From the human T2T-CHM13v2.0 reference genome, Homo sapiens: a stretch of 64,000 nt of DNA. The DNA lies in NCBI RefSeq assembly GCF_009914755.1, contig NC_060944.1. One strand, written 5' to 3'. Within the stretch, counting starts at the first letter, position 1. Each line of letters starts with the position of its first letter. Of this stretch, positions 46,606 to 63,198 are shown in pieces. The notes beneath the pieces were generated by a model that searched no databases, had not been told where the DNA came from, and saw nothing but the letters and a program-made list of their open reading frames with translations. Position numbers and translations under genes: made by a program.

Positions 46606-48133
46606 GGTTCTTGATTTATAGACTTTGCACCAAGTAGAATTGGACAAAAGTGTTTTTCTTTGGCTCTGGGACTGGCACTTCTGGGCTTTACCATACATTT
46701 AAGCCAAGGTGCAAAGCCAAGTTGGTTTTAACTCTAATGCCACGTCAGTGAGCTGGGTTGAGATTGAGGTTAAGGTTGACTTTCCTTTCTTCTGGGATAT
46801 AGTGGGGGGCTTTTGGAGGGGAGAGCTCGGGGTGCTAGGCTTTACAAATGATGTTCACTTTCTTCCCAGAGCAGATGGCCAGAAGAGAGGGGGCTCACAC
46901 TTTGAGGCCTGCTGTGTGCCAGACATTCATATGAAGATTATCTCTCTACTGTTCGAAGTGAGCTTTGGACCCTTCCTTATTTACTGATGTGTTCATTTTG
47001 GTTCTGTTAGGAAAAATATATAGAGAGATAACCTATAAAATACATAAATTAGTAGTATTTCTTAGAACAAGGCTCAGTTTATTTAAGGAGGAAAAAGAGT
47101 TCATTTAAAGAAAAAATATGTTAAATGATATAGTTTGTGGAGGTGAGAAAATCACAAATAATTGATCCTTACCATGTGCAGGAGTGGTCAGGTGGGCAGC
47201 CTCCCCCCGAGTCAAAATCTTCCTAACATCTTGTACTTCCTCAAAGCACTTAAACTTGTTAAATACTTAATCGTATATGCTTTTGCATAATTTTGTCTCT
47301 TTTCAACTAGGACTGTTTATGTCATTTCAAGGTTGCCTTTCCAGCATCTAGCAGAGTGCCAGGCACGCAGGAAGTGCTCAGGAAATAGCAGCGAATGCAT
47401 GCACAGACTCCCTGCCAAGAGGGGAATTACTGTCCCCATTTTATAGATGAGGAAACTGAGGGTCAGAGTGACTTGCTTAAGATTTGGCAACTAGGATATG
47501 GCAAAACGAAGATTTGAACGCATGACTCTCAGGCTGCACAAACCTTTTTGCCAAACACCAATACGTGGGACTCAGGTCAGACAGACTATGACCACTGGCC
47601 CATTGCAAAATGAGGAAAGCGAAGTGGATGTGAAGAGTTTCATAAAGCTACAGGCATTCCTTGGAGATGCTGCGGGGTTGGTTCCAGAACGCCACAATAA
47701 AGCCAATATCGCAGTAAAGCAAGTCACGTGAATTTTTTGGTTTCCCAGTATGTATGAAAGTTATGTTTACACTATTACTGTACGTAGGCCACTAAGTGTG
47801 CAATATTATTATGTCTAAAAGAATGTATGTACCTTAACTTAAAAATACTTCATTGCTAAAAAACGCTAATGATCGTCTGAGCCTTTAGCGAGTTGTAGTC
47901 TTTTTGCTGGTGGAGGGTCTTGCCCCATTGTTGAAGGCTGCTCACTGATCAGGGCGGTGGTTGCTGAAGGCTGGGGTGGCTGTGGCAATCTCTTAAAATA
48001 AGACAAACATGAAGTTTGCTGCATTGATGAATCCATTCTCTTCCTTTTATGAAACATTTCTCTGTAGCATGCAATGCTGTTTTATAGCATTTTACCCAAA
48101 GCAGAACATCTTTCAAAATTAGAGTCAGTTCTC

Positions 48134-48721
<588 letters not shown>

Positions 48722-51649
48722 TGACTTCCTCCACTGAAATCTTGAACCTCTCAAAGTCATTGATGAGGGCCAGAATCAACTTCTTCCAAACTCCTGCTAA
48801 TATTGATATTTTTACCTCCTCCTGTGAATCACGAATGTCCCTAATGGCATCTTAGAATGGTGAATCTTTTCTAGAAGGTTTTCAATTTACTTTGCCCAAA
48901 TCTATCAGAGGAATCATGACCTATGACAGCTATGGCCTTATGAAATGCATTTCTTAAATAATAAAATTTGAAAGTCAAAATTACTCCTTGATCCATGGGC
49001 TGCAGAATGGATGCTGTGTTAGTGGGCGTGAAGACAACATTTATCTCCTTGTATATCTCCATGAGAGCTCTTGGGTGACCACGTGGACTGTTGTGAGCAG
49101 TATTATTTTAAAAGAAACCTTTTTATCTGAGCAGCAGGTCTCAACAGTGAGCCTAAAATGTTCAGCAAACCATGCTGTAAGCAGACATGCTGTCATCCAG
49201 GCTTTATGTTATTCTATTCATAGAGCACAGGCAGAGTAGATTTAACATCATTCTTAAGGGTCCTAGGATTTTCAGAATGGTAAATGAGCATTGGCTTCAA
49301 CTTAAAGTTATCAGCTGCATTGGCCCTTAACAAGAGATTCAGCCTGTCGTTTGAGGCTGTGAAGTCAACCATTGACTTCTCCTCTCTAGCTATGAAAGCC
49401 CTAGATGGGATCTTCTTCCAATCGAATGCTGTTTTGTCTGCATTAAGAATATATTGCTTAGTGTAGCCACCTTCATCACTGATCCCAGCTAGATCTTCTG
49501 GATAACTTGCTGCAGTTTGTCCATCAGCACTTGCTGCTTCGCCTTGCACTTTTATGTTATAAAGATGGCTGCTTTCCTTAAACCTCCTGAACTCTTGGTA
49601 GCTTCAAACTTTTCTTCTGCAGCTTCCTCATTTCTCTCAGCTTTCATAGAATTGAAGAGAGTTAGGGCCTTGCCCTGGATTAGCCTTTGGTGTATGGGAA
49701 TGTTGTGGTTGGTTTGATCTTCTATCCAGACCACTCAGACTTTCTCTGTATCAGCAATAAGACTGTTTTGCTTTCTTATCACTCGTGTGTTCACGGGAGT
49801 AGCACTTTTAATTTCCTTCAAAAATTTTTCCTTTGCATTCACAACTTGGCTAAACATTTGTTGCAAGAGGCCTAGCTTTCATCCTGTCTCAGCTTTCGAC
49901 ATGCCTTCCTCACTAAGCTTAATCGTTTCTAGCTTTTGATTTAAAGTGAAAGCCATGCGACTCTTCCTTTCACTTGAGCACTCAGAGGCCATTGTTGGAT
50001 TGTGGATTGGCCCAGTTTCAGTACTCTTGTGTTTCACGGAATGGGGAGGCCTGAGCAGAGGGAGAGAGGTAGGGGAACAGTTGGTTGAGGTCAGAACACA
50101 TGGAACATTTATACATTAAGTTCACCATCTTATATGGGCACAGTTTGTGGTGCCCAAATCAATTATGAATAATATCAAAGATCACTGATCACAGATCTCC
50201 ATAACAGATATAATAGCAATGAAAAAACTTTGAAATATTGAGAGAATTACCAAACTGTGACACAGAGACATGAAAATGACACTGATAAACTTGCTCAATG
50301 TAGGATTGCCACAAAACTTTAATTTGTTTAAAAAAAAAAAACAGTATCTGCAAAGTACAATAAAGCAAAGCAATAAAACGAGGTCTTCCTGTATTTGCTT
50401 TATTGCGGTGATCTGGAACCAAGCCCACGATATCTCCAAGGTGTGCCCGTATACTGTTCCAATTTAAAAAATGGTCTGTTATTTTTATTTTCTTCCTATT
50501 TTGAGGACGTGACACGTTATCTTTTTATGACTAAAATTTCTCATTTTTTGTTTTTAAATGTTTCACTGGACAAATCAAAATGGCAGCCTCCTTTTGTGGG
50601 TTCTCCCAGTTTTTTTCTTTGTATTGCTTTTTTTCGGGAGGGAGATTTTCTAGTTGGTGGAATCCCAGAGTCTGAGAATCATCAGACAACTTCAAGCTCC
50701 TCTGGAGATCTTATCAGGTCCATTGGGGAAATCTCTGAGCTCCCCTCTGACTTCTTTCCAAGTCACTTCACCATTTCCCCTTCATGGGGTGGGGCCAGTG
50801 TGTCTCCCTCATTCCAGGCCCCAGGGACACAAATGCAAAAACCAGAGCCACATCTCAAGGATGTGTCCTGGGACCTCTCCAGAGGGCCAGAGCCTGCCCT
50901 TACTGATTTTCCAGGGAGCTCAGGACTCATCATCTCTCTGGGAGAAACTGGTGCCACCCAGGATGGCCTTGGTTAGTACGGCATCTCTTCATGGGCTCTG
51001 CTCACCTCTTTTGGTTTCAGCACAATGCAGCTTTCCTTTCCATTTTCTTAACCAATTCAGATGCCCCTCATCTAACTGCTAATCATAGCTCCCTGTTGAG
51101 CGAGGTGTCACCTCTGAAAGTCTGCCCATTGTTGACCCTGCGGTCTCTTCTTCCAGGCTTGGAGGCTGGGTAGATGCCATTTCTCTAACCCTGCCAGAAC
51201 TCTAGCTGTGCCCACACCTCCGCTGGCTCTTAGTAGGGGCGCCTTCTCAGTGGGGAGGCTGACACAGGGCTGTGGAGACTTGGAGCCAGCAATGCGCCGG
51301 CCCTCGCCTCAGAGAGCTTGGAGCCTCGTAGGTGAGACCAGGCAAGCACAGATGTTTCCTTGGGACTGGATTCTAGGCCCTGTTGAGGGCTGGAGGGTAA
51401 CCTCTTAGGCTTGCATAGTATATTACAGTTTACAAACAGTCTCCACATTTATTTTCCTCATGTCCATTTGTAGTCCTCTGCAGTACGTGATGCTTATCTT
51501 GCCCAGCTGGCATCCATTCATCTCCTGGTTTTCTTTTCTTTCTTCTCCTTTCTCGTTTCTACTGCACCTTCAGGCCATTACCCCACTCTCCAGTTCTAAG
51601 TGCAGACCTGTGACCTCCCCATGGGCAGTCACAACATGCTATGCCTCTG

Positions 51650-52000
51650 CCCTCAGGGTTCAGGCACAGGAACTGGACCCAGGTTGAATGGGGCCCAATT
51701 CTGGGAACTTTGCTGGAATTGTTGAGGAATGATGCCCTCTTTTCTCTGGGTTGCTAAACTCATAGAATGTAGCCATCTTGCTTAGGGGAAGCCTGCCTGA
51801 AACTAAAGGCAACTCAAAGGAAGACAGAGACAAGATATGGAGGGCAAAAGATTCCCAATGACCTCATTTGAGCACCTGGATCCAGCTGTTCCTGAAGCTA
51901 GATACCATGTGTTATTCCCTTATATTAGCCAATACATTATTTCTTGTTTACTTAAAGAAGTTTGAATGGAGTCTTCTCCCAATTGCTATAAACTAATACA
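51650..52000 (+). mobile_element. LTR16C-like fragment
   Basis: 'catttgagcacctggatccagctgttcctgaagctaga...agccaata...ctaataca'. Confidence 0.65.
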
Positions 52001-52599
52001 GGTGGTTTTGCATTTACTAAGTTGCCCTGCTTCCTCTGATCACAGTAAAACTCCCTTTCATGTATGAAACCCTCTTGTAAGTGTTTTCATAGCAATCAGA
52101 CTCATGTCTACTAGACACAGCACTGGCCTAATTTCAGTGAAGAGGGATTTGAGGCACAGAAGAGAAGGGAAGCAAGTTGAGGCTGGAACCTGCGTTTTCT
52201 AACACCTGTTCTAGTGCATTTTCCACTTGGAGCATCCTCACCAGCTTTCAGTTTGGAGAACAGTTTTTAATACCCAGGACATCATCACCCCGGAGGACAG
52301 GAGTGCTAATTGATTTAATGAACAACCCAAGCAAGGTCAGAGAAAACTCTTAACTACATCACAGAGTAATCAGAAGAGTTACACTAACGGTAATTTTAGG
52401 TGCCTAGAAAATCTCTGGTAGATAAGAGAGGAAATAGTTAACTGTAGTTACCCAGGGGAAAGGAAATGGGGAAAAGGAGATTCTTAGTTTTTTACTGTGT
52501 ATACTCTACTGTACATTCCAAAATGTTTTACTAGGGGCACCGATTGTTTCATATTCAAGTAAACAGTGAATTTTGAAATGTAACAACAGCAGGCTTCCA

Positions 52600-53910
<1,311 letters not shown>

Positions 53911-54484
53911 AGCCTCTCTCCAAAACCTGCACTCTTGTTTACTAAAACAGTATTTCTCAAAACATGGAACGCCTTAGTGATTTTTTTTAAATCTCATTTT
54001 GCTAACTTTCAGCTCTTTTAATTAAGCCCAAAAGAGAATCTTAAGTTGGTGCTGGATGGTTTGGTTTTTAACACCAAACACTTGCTAATTCTCTTTGTAT
54101 AACAAAGAGAGTCATCAGGCAAGCAGTGGCCTCTAGAAAGATCTATCTTTCATGGGGGATTCCTCATATTAATTTTTCTAGTTATCTTCTATTTTTTGAC
54201 AGTGATTTATATTTGTGATTTTTAAAAGTTCCTTTTTAGGTATATTAATTTAAGTTTATTTTTAACTTGTTTTAGGAAGTGAGTCAATTCAAAGAAAATA
54301 TTAAGGTGGTGACAGTGCACGGTATGGGTGGCACATGGAGATGGCAGAGGCTGGGAAGGACTAAAGTTTCAGCCACTGCAGCTGGAAACTCCTCTCAAGT
54401 TTAAAATGTTTGGGTCAAGGTGACACTTTCCCGTCTGTGGTCCCTGCTTTCTTAACACTATCATTCAGAAAGGCCCCAAGTGTA

Positions 54485-54804
<320 letters not shown>

Positions 54805-54938
54805 CTAAGGCAGTAACCAGAATAAACCCTTCTCTATCACCAATGCATGATGCTTCCATTATGTTTCACCTCCCTAATCTTCAGAACTTGGAAGAATGAG
54901 TTTGGTAATGTTAGACTGGAAACTCAGACCAAGGAGGC

Positions 54939-55370
54939 TGTGTTAGTTTCCTGGGACTGATGTAAAAAAGTACAGCAAACTTGGTGACTTTAAACAACAG
55001 AAATTTACTCTCTCCGGAGGTGGAAGTCTCCAGAGAGCCTGCAAGGTGTTAGCAGAGCCGTTCTCCCTGAGCCTAGGTAGAATTCTTCCTCACCTCCTCC
55101 TGGCTTTGGTGGTGGCCATCCGTCCTTGGCATTCTTTGGCTTGTAGCCATGTCACCCCAATCTCTGCCTCTGTCATCACATGGCCTTGTCCCTGTATGTC
55201 TTCATGCAGCTTTTTATAAGGACACCAGTCACATTGGATTGAGGACCCATATAACTCCAATATGACCTCATCTTAACTAATCACATCCACAATGACCCTA
55301 TTTCCAAATAAGGCCAGAGGGTGACAACTTTAATATGTCCTTTGGCGGAACACAATTCAATCCATAGCAG
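54939..55370 (-). mobile_element. MLT1B/C-like LTR
   Basis: 'tgtgttagtttcct...aaacaacagaaatttactctctc...tatgacctcatcttaactaat...cacaattcaatccatagca'. Confidence 0.8.
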
Positions 55371-55399
55371 AAGTTTACTCAAGCACTCAAGGGCTAGGA

Positions 55400-56900
55400 A
55401 AGAAAAGATTCATGACTGGCCCTATGTAAAAATAAAACACCTCAGCATAATGCAAATACCATATGCAAAATCAAAAGATAAATGACAAACTGGGGGAAAT
55501 CTTTGCAGTTCATATGACAAAAAAAGAGGCTGGTTTCTCCGGCATAGGAAAGAGAGTTCCTAGAAATTGATCAGAAAACAGTAACAATAATCCATTAGAG
55601 AAATGGATGGAAGGTATGAACAGGCAATTCACAGGAAAGGAAATACAAATGACTTTTAAATATTTGAAAATATGTTCGATCTCACTTAAAAAAGAGATAT
55701 GCAATTAAAATCCACCCATAAAATCGAGAACAATTTCAAAGTTTATGAACATACTCTGCTGGTGAGGCTGTGGGGAAACAGACACTCTCATCTATTGTTA
55801 GGAGGAGTGTGTGTCACTACGGTCCTTTTGGAGGGCAGATTGGCGTGGCCCATCCAGATTACAAGTGCACCCTCCTTTAATCTAGCAATCTGTTCCTAGG
55901 AATTTACTGCAATTGTATGTGTGCAAAGTAGCACTTGTAACTCAGTGTTTATTGCAGCCTTATTTGTAACAGCAGAAGTTTGGGAACTGTCCAGGTGCTC
56001 ACAGATAATAGAGAATTGGTCACATAACTTGGTATCTCCATGCAATGGAAAATTATGCAGCTGTAAAACAAAATGACCATACTTTCCAGGCACCAATTTG
56101 ATAAAAACCCCTGGAAAAATATTACTGAAAGGAGGTAATATAGCATGCTACTATTCGTTTAAGAAGCAAGTGCGGAGTGAATAAGAATATACATCCACAT
56201 TTGCTTCTGTTTACATAAAGAAAATTTGAAAGGCTACGCAAGAAATTAATTATTAGGACTAATTAACTATTAATTAGGATTTTTCCAGAGAAACAGAAAA
56301 AAATAGGAAATATATACGTACACACATACAGTGATATAGAGAGGGGGGTTGATTTATTATAAAGGATTGGTTCATGCAGTCATTCAATTATGGAGGCTGA
56401 GAAATCTCATGATCTGCCATTTGCAACCTGGAGACCCAGGCAAGCCAGTGGTGTAATTCTGTCCCATTTCAAAGACCTGAGAACCAAAGAAACTAATGGT
56501 ATCAATCACAGTTCAAGGGCAGGGGAAGATGAGATGAGATGTCCCAGTTCAAGCAATGAGACAGGAAAAGAAGGGAGAAATTCCTTCTTCTTCTTCCTTT
56601 TGTTCTGTTCATGTCCTCAGTGGATTGGATGGTGCCCACCCACTTTGGGGAGGGCCATGTACTTTACTGAGTCCACTGATTCAAATTCTCATCTCATCCA
56701 GAAACACCCTCACAGGGATACCTAGAAATAATGTTTCATCTGGGCACCCTGTGGCCAATCAAGCTGACATGTAAAATTAACCATCACACTAATGAAAGTG
56801 GCTGTGGAGGGTGGTAGGGATAGAAATGAGACTTTTCCACTATATCTCTTTATAATTTTAATTTTTGAATTATGTGACTGCCATGCCTAATTAAAAATAA
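55400..56900 (+). mobile_element. L1ME fragment interrupted by an MLT2 LTR (~56270-56788)
   Basis: L1ME 3' text. MLT2 'ccagagaaacagaa...tggaggctgagaaatc...aaaattaaccatcaca'. Confidence 0.75.
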
Positions 56901-57490
56901 ATGCAACACCTTGGGTGTGGGAGCAGAGTTGCCGTGGGCTCACTGGTTGCTGCACACGTTGCTCTGCATGTCCTGGGTTCCTTTTCCTCTGGTTGCTCCT
57001 TCTTAGTTATTCTGGGGGAAAGCAGGTGCCATGGGGTACCTGAGACTAATAAATAAATGCAGGTCAGCTTGTGGCCCACAGAGGATGGCCCAGCAGGCAT
57101 GGGGTGCTGTGTCATGGGCAAGGACATGGGCCATTCTTCAGTGGCAGTCATTTTCCTTGATGGGAGCCCAGAAGTGCTTTGGGAAGGTAGCCTCGTGCTG
57201 GGCGTGTCTGCCCTAAGTTGAGTTTACCAACACATAGGAAGGTCTGAAATTCATTTCAGCACAAGAGCAGAACTGACCCTGTGTGCTTACATTGGAAATC
57301 ACAGATGCCCCTTCCCTCAGTCAGGAAAATTACCCAGGTCACCTCTGGTGAGCAGAAGGCCTTGCAGAACAAGTGCTCAGTGGACAGTGTGACATATGAG
57401 CCCCGCCGGGATCTCCCGCTGCAGCAGCGAGGAAGTAGTGTGGTGCAGTGGTTACGTGTTGCAGTTTCAGAGCTGAGTTCACAGCATGGC

Positions 57491-57853
57491 TGTATTAATC
57501 TGTTCTCACGCTGCTAATAAATACATACCTGAGACTAGGTAATTTATAAAGAAAAAGAGGTTTAATGGACTCACAGTTCCATGTGACTGGGGAGGCCTCA
57601 CAATCATGGCAGAAGGCAAAAGGGCACATCTTACATGGCGGCATGCAAGAGAGAATGAGAGCCAATCAAAAGGGGAAACCCCTTATAAAACTATCAGATC
57701 TCGTGAGACTTATTCACTACCACGAGAACAGTATGGAGGAAATCACCCAGATGATTCAACTATCTCCCACTGGGCCCCTCCTACAACACGTGGGAATTAT
57801 GGGAGCTACAGTTCAAGATGAGATTTGGGTGGGGACACAGCCAAACCATATCA
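57491..57853 (-). mobile_element. THE1B solo LTR inside a MIR
   Basis: THE1B text. TSD atggc/atgcc. Confidence 0.9.
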
Positions 57854-59812
57854 ATGCCCTGCCCTCTTACTAAACGTGTGACCTTGGGCAGGTCACTCAG
57901 CTCTTTAACCCTATAGGTTTTGTCACCTATAAAATACGAGTCGCTAGTACCTGTCTCCAAAGGTGTATGAGGATCGGGTGAGGTAATGCAGTGAAGTGCA
58001 CATAGTAACCCTAACCGTGACCCGAATCAATAGAACACTTAGAATTATCACAAACAATAATAACAGATAATACTCATGTAGCATTTACTATGCTGCAGAC
58101 ACTGTTTTAAGCTCTCCAACTATATTTACTCTCCCTGCAACTCTGTGAAGTAGGTATTGTAATTATTCTCACTTTACAAGTGAGGAACAGAGACATAAAG
58201 GGTAAATGTCTTGCCCTACATTACTCAGCTCTGCACTGGAGGAGGTGGGATTTGAACCTAGGTGGTCTGGCTCAGAGACTGCTTTTACTGACTTCATCAC
58301 TGTGTTCAGTGAGTTCCAGGACGTGAGTTTGAATAAATGGAAAAATGGGAACCTGAAACCCTCAGCAAAGTCTGCTGTGAGCATGTGTCTCTGATCTTTC
58401 AAGTACTGCTTTGGCCACTCTTAAGCTTCGTGAACCTTATTTTCCTCATACATAAATGGGAGGGGAGTAGTAATGACATCTACTATTTATTAATCACCTG
58501 CTGAGCATCAGGGGCTGTGATGAGTGCCTTACAGGTCTCATTTTTTCCTCACTGGAGCCCTATAAGATAAGTACTGTTTTCCCCATTTTATAGACAAAGA
58601 GACTGAGGTTCAGAGAGGCCCAGAAATCTTAGGCAGCCAGTAAATGCCAGAAACAGAAGTTGAAGCCAAGTCTGTTTGATGCCAGAGCCTGGGCCCATCA
58701 CCACCCCCTGGACTCTGTGCCCTCCGGGAGCTGTTGCAAAGATGAGAGTTATTTTTCTGTGTGGTGCCTGGCACACAGTGCCAGTGTGCAAAATCACCAA
58801 CGCTTGGATTGTCGATGTAACATTTGCTCACGGAAAGCTGACCTCACCCATGTTGAAGCTCCCTTTCCTCATCTGCTGAGTCAGGATGCAGATGGGGCGG
58901 CTTTCAGGGACTGCTGTACAGACAGAGTTCTAGAAGGTTGTGTGGCCCGGAAGCGGTGCTGTGCCGATGTTAGGGGCCTCTACCTCTGAACTACAAGCAA
59001 ATTCTCCCCTCCAACAAGAGCACATTGTGTTCTGGCCCCGGTCTCCCACTAAGGCTACTTTAAATGCAGATCCTTCTGCCAACAGCTACTTTTAGCAAGG
59101 GCAGACTATCATAAGGAGAGAAACTTGCAAGAAAATAGCAAAATGGAAGCATTGTTCCCGAGGGTTTGGAGCAGGCTCAGGGAACGGTGGGGTGGGAGAG
59201 CCCTGGAGACGTGCTTTGCCATCACAAATAAGTTGTGCAAAAAAAAAAAAAAAAAAAGAAGAAAAGAAAATTCACTTAAAGTTTTTCCTGAAACCTGGAA
59301 GGAGGAGAGGGCAGACAAAACTAACTTTGGAAGGATTTAAACTGCTATAGTCCTGTGGAAGCTTCTCTGAAGGAACTGGGAACTGTTTATAGCAGGAGAA
59401 TTGCATCTTGAGGCTGGAGGGAGCACAGGGCTATTGATGGATGAGTCCCTAGTAACACGGGAAGATGGGAGGCAGGAGAAAAAGCTTGTGGACTGAGAAG
59501 GGGCTTTTTTTTTTTGAGGAAATTTGTGTTCTCAGGGATGAACTAGGGCCATATGATAAAAGATTGCAAGGATGGTTTCAACTTCACACCATTTAGAGCC
59601 TCTGGCACTATGAGGAGGTTGGCTCATGCAGTAGTGAGTGGACTGTCCTCAGAAGCATGCAAGCAGAGCCCGGGTGATGATACAGGGAGTCCAGCTTTAA
59701 GATAGGACACAGGACTTGAGCAGAGGCTCATAAACACTGGGCCTTGTGCAGGGTCCGCTCTGTGCCAGCTCTCACACTCATCCATGATGAAATGAGAGCA
59801 AAGAGGACTGAG

Positions 59813-59928
59813 GCTGGGTGCGGTGGCTCACATCTGTAATCCTAGTGCATTGAGAGACCGAGGTGAGAGGATTGTTTGAGCCCAGCCTGGCCAACATAGT
59901 GAGACACTGTCTCTTAAAAAAAAAAAAA
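59813..59928 (+). mobile_element. Alu left-monomer (FLAM-like)
   Basis: Single monomer with an A tail. Confidence 0.8.
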
Positions 59929-62511
59929 TTGAGTAGTGAGATTTTAATCCAAGAAGACTGTTCCTTGAGACTACACCCTTCCTAAACTTAGGTGTTCAAA
60001 TGCTCTTTATAAAATGACCCGTCTGTAAAAGCCTGGAAATATTGGGATTAGATAATGTCCAAGTCTTTTCCATTGCTAAGATTTTGTGATTCTAGGAAAA
60101 TATGTTTCTGATTTGGATGAAACAGAATAGGAGGAGCGTAAAAGCAAGCCTAAAACTGACACATCAAGAAATGGCCATGTCAGCCTACCAGTTAGAGATG
60201 CAGAGTTACTTACCAGGAGGAACAGTTACAAGTTGACTGTGGTCCTCCTGAAGAACAGGGCTGGAGGTGAGATTTTGCATAAGTATCAATTCTGCATTGG
60301 TATATAAATTTTAAAATGACATGCATGTACTATATGACCTTTGGTTAACACTAAAACTTTTAAAAAATAAAAGACAGGTAATAATTATAGCTGCCCTTTA
60401 CTGGATTCTGTGCTAAAGGCTTTTTATAATATTATTTCCTTTAATTAATCCCATCTTAGGGATGAGGAAACAGGCTCAGAAAGGTGAAGTTACTTACTTT
60501 GCTGTGCAGACAGGGTGAATTTCAGGTTTTTTTGACTTGAGAATCCAAACCAGATGCATATACACGAAGCTCAGTTGTCCTCTGCCAGGGTGAGACTTCT
60601 GTGGGGCTTCAGGAGAGGAAGAGGATGGGGGGATGTGGGGGTAATGCTATAGAAAGCACCAGAAGATAACTGGAAGAGAGATGATGACAAAAAAGGGGGT
60701 CCTGGTTAGGTTTCTTGATCAAACATCTTGAGGAATTCAGCAGCTTGTCATAAACTAAAAAAAGGCACACTTGCACATTAAAAGAGAAATAATTAAACAG
60801 TTGCATGAGACACTTATGTTCCTTTCTCCCCTCAATTTGGATTTGATGGGAGGGAGGCCACATGGGAGGAAGCAAGCTGTTTGGACGCGTTGACTCTGTG
60901 CCAGGCACTGTGCCAGGAACCTTATGGAAATATCAGCCCATCTAGTCTTCGCCATGACTCTGAGAAATAATATTAACCAAGAACGTCACTTAGGAATGCC
61001 TACCTTAGGGTCTCTCAGCTTCAGCCCTGCTGATATTTGGGAACAGATCATTATCTGTTGTGGGAGGCTGGCACCCATTAGGTGCCAGTGTGATAACCAA
61101 AAACGTCTCCACACATTGTCAGGTGCCCTCAGGGAGTCAAACTCACCTCCAATTGAGAACCACTGTCCTCAGATAACTAGGCATGTCATATATATTATCT
61201 TGAGTCACCCTGCCAGCTAGCTGTCATGATGCCCACTTTGTAAATGAAGACACTGAGGCTGAGAGAAGGCTGACATCATTGTCAGTAGCAGGGCTAAGAA
61301 CTGTGCCACGTGTTTTCAATACTGAATTTAGAGAAGCAGCAAATGAAGACCCCGGCCCAGTTAACCTTGGGCTAACACTAAAATATAGATTGTATCTTCT
61401 CTTTTTTAACCACAGTGAATGTCTTAGAGGAGGGGCTGGTGTTTCATTATGTTTTGTTTGTTTGTTTGTTTGTTGTTTTTAAGTAAGCTGGCGACATGGC
61501 ACAGGCTCTGGAACCAAGCACCTTCACTTATTATCTCTGAAACCCTGGCATGTTACTTAACCTCTTTGGCTCTCAGTTTTCTTCTCTGTAAAATGGAACT
61601 AATGATTATACCTCCTCATAGGGTTGTTTGGGGATGAAATGAGATCACGTGAGCGAAGCAGTGCCTGGCAGATAGAGACTCAGCATCAACAAATGTGAGC
61701 TGTCATTCTTACGAGCAAGTTTTTAAATCCATTTCACATACTCAGACCTGGAAGTGGCCCCAGTGGCATCATTCAGGGCACCATCTCTGGGGTGGCTGAC
61801 TCTGCTTCTTTGCAGTCAAGCCCAGGGGTTGTAATTCATGTCGGATTTTCGCTGACCACTGAGCAATCCCCTCTGGGCTGCAGGAGTAGCCGGATTTGGC
61901 TTGAGCGTCCAGAGGAGAAGCCGTCCAAGCTGATCAAGCATTTGCCTTCTCCACCAATAGGAGTCTCAGGAGAATTATGGAACTGTCTTTGCACATGGAA
62001 GAGATTAATTCGTGTGGCCACAAATAGCTTGAACACTGTGTCCTCAGCGCTGTGATCTAGTATCCCCTGAAATTTACACAGGGTGCCAGCCCGGCAGCCA
62101 GAAAAGCCACAGGACCGTCTTAAGCTGCCCAGCGCTCCTAGCCGGGGGACCCCTCAGGAATTTCAGAGGGTGGGGACAAGATTAAGTCGTTTGTTTTTCA
62201 TTTCATCCGCCTACCTCGCCCCCCGCCTAATAAGCCTGCTTTCTGGCCTCCCGTTTATCAGCCAAATGGAATGATTGTGCACCCCCCATCCCCGGGTTTG
62301 CACCTCCAGGCTCAGTCCGTCTACTTCCTCCACCTGGCGTACCCTCTTTTATGGTCATGCTCACCTTCCAGTCTCTGCATAGCTAAATGCCACCATCCTC
62401 CAAGCCTAGTGCCACCACCTCTGCTCCCCCCACCAAGTGGTACATGGCTTTAAAGGATGTGGGCTCTGGAATAGAGTTTAAACCCCAGCTCTGTTAGATG
62501 TAGGTGAGGGG

Positions 62512-63198
62512 TGATATGGTTTGGCTTTGTGTCCCCACCCAAATCTCATCTTGAATTGTAATTCCCATGTGCCAAGGGAGGGACCTGGTGGGAGGTGATT
62601 GGATCTTGGGGGCATTTTCTCCCATGCTGGTCTGGTGATAGTGAGTGAGTGTTCATGAGAGCTGATGCTGTTAAAGTGTTTGGCACTGGCCAGGTGCGGT
62701 GGCTCAAGCCTGTAATCCCGGCACTTTGGGAGGCGGAGGTGGGTGAATCATCTGAGGTCAGGAGTTCGAGACCAGCCTGGCCAATGTGGCGAAACCCTGT
62801 CTCTAGTAAAAATACAAAAAAAATCAGCCAGGCGTGGTGGCGGGTGCCTGTATTCCTAGCTACGTGGATGGCTGAGGCAGGAGAATCGCTTGAACCCAGG
62901 AGGCAGAGGTTGCAGTGAGCCGAGATCGAGCCACTGCACTCCAGCTGAGCAACAGAGTGAGCCTCTGTCTCAAAAAATATTAAAAAATAAAGTGTTTGGC
63001 AGTCTCCCTCACCACGACCACCCCCTCTCTGTCCTGCCACTGTGTAAGATGTGTCTTGCTTCCCCTTTCCCTTCCAACATGATTGTGTTTCCTGAGGCCT
63101 CCCCAGCCACGCAGAACTGTGAGTCAATTAAACCTCCTTTGTTTATAAATTACTGTCTCAGGTATATCTTTATAGCTGTGTGAGAACAGACTAATACA
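62512..63198 (+). mobile_element. THE1D/MSTA-like solo LTR inside a MIR, containing an AluS (62688-~62990)
   Basis: tgatatggtttgg...ctaataca. LTR TSD agggg on both sides. Alu TSD taaagtgtttggca. Confidence 0.9.

Noticed and set aside
48871-49734. Transposase-like ORFs as a functional TIGD gene
   Set aside because: Fragmented by stops and frameshifts and interrupted by Alus; a dead Tigger1 fossil.
50395-50976. 193-aa ORF
   Set aside because: Starts at a non-ATG codon within the Tigger1 end; no recognisable homology or exon structure.
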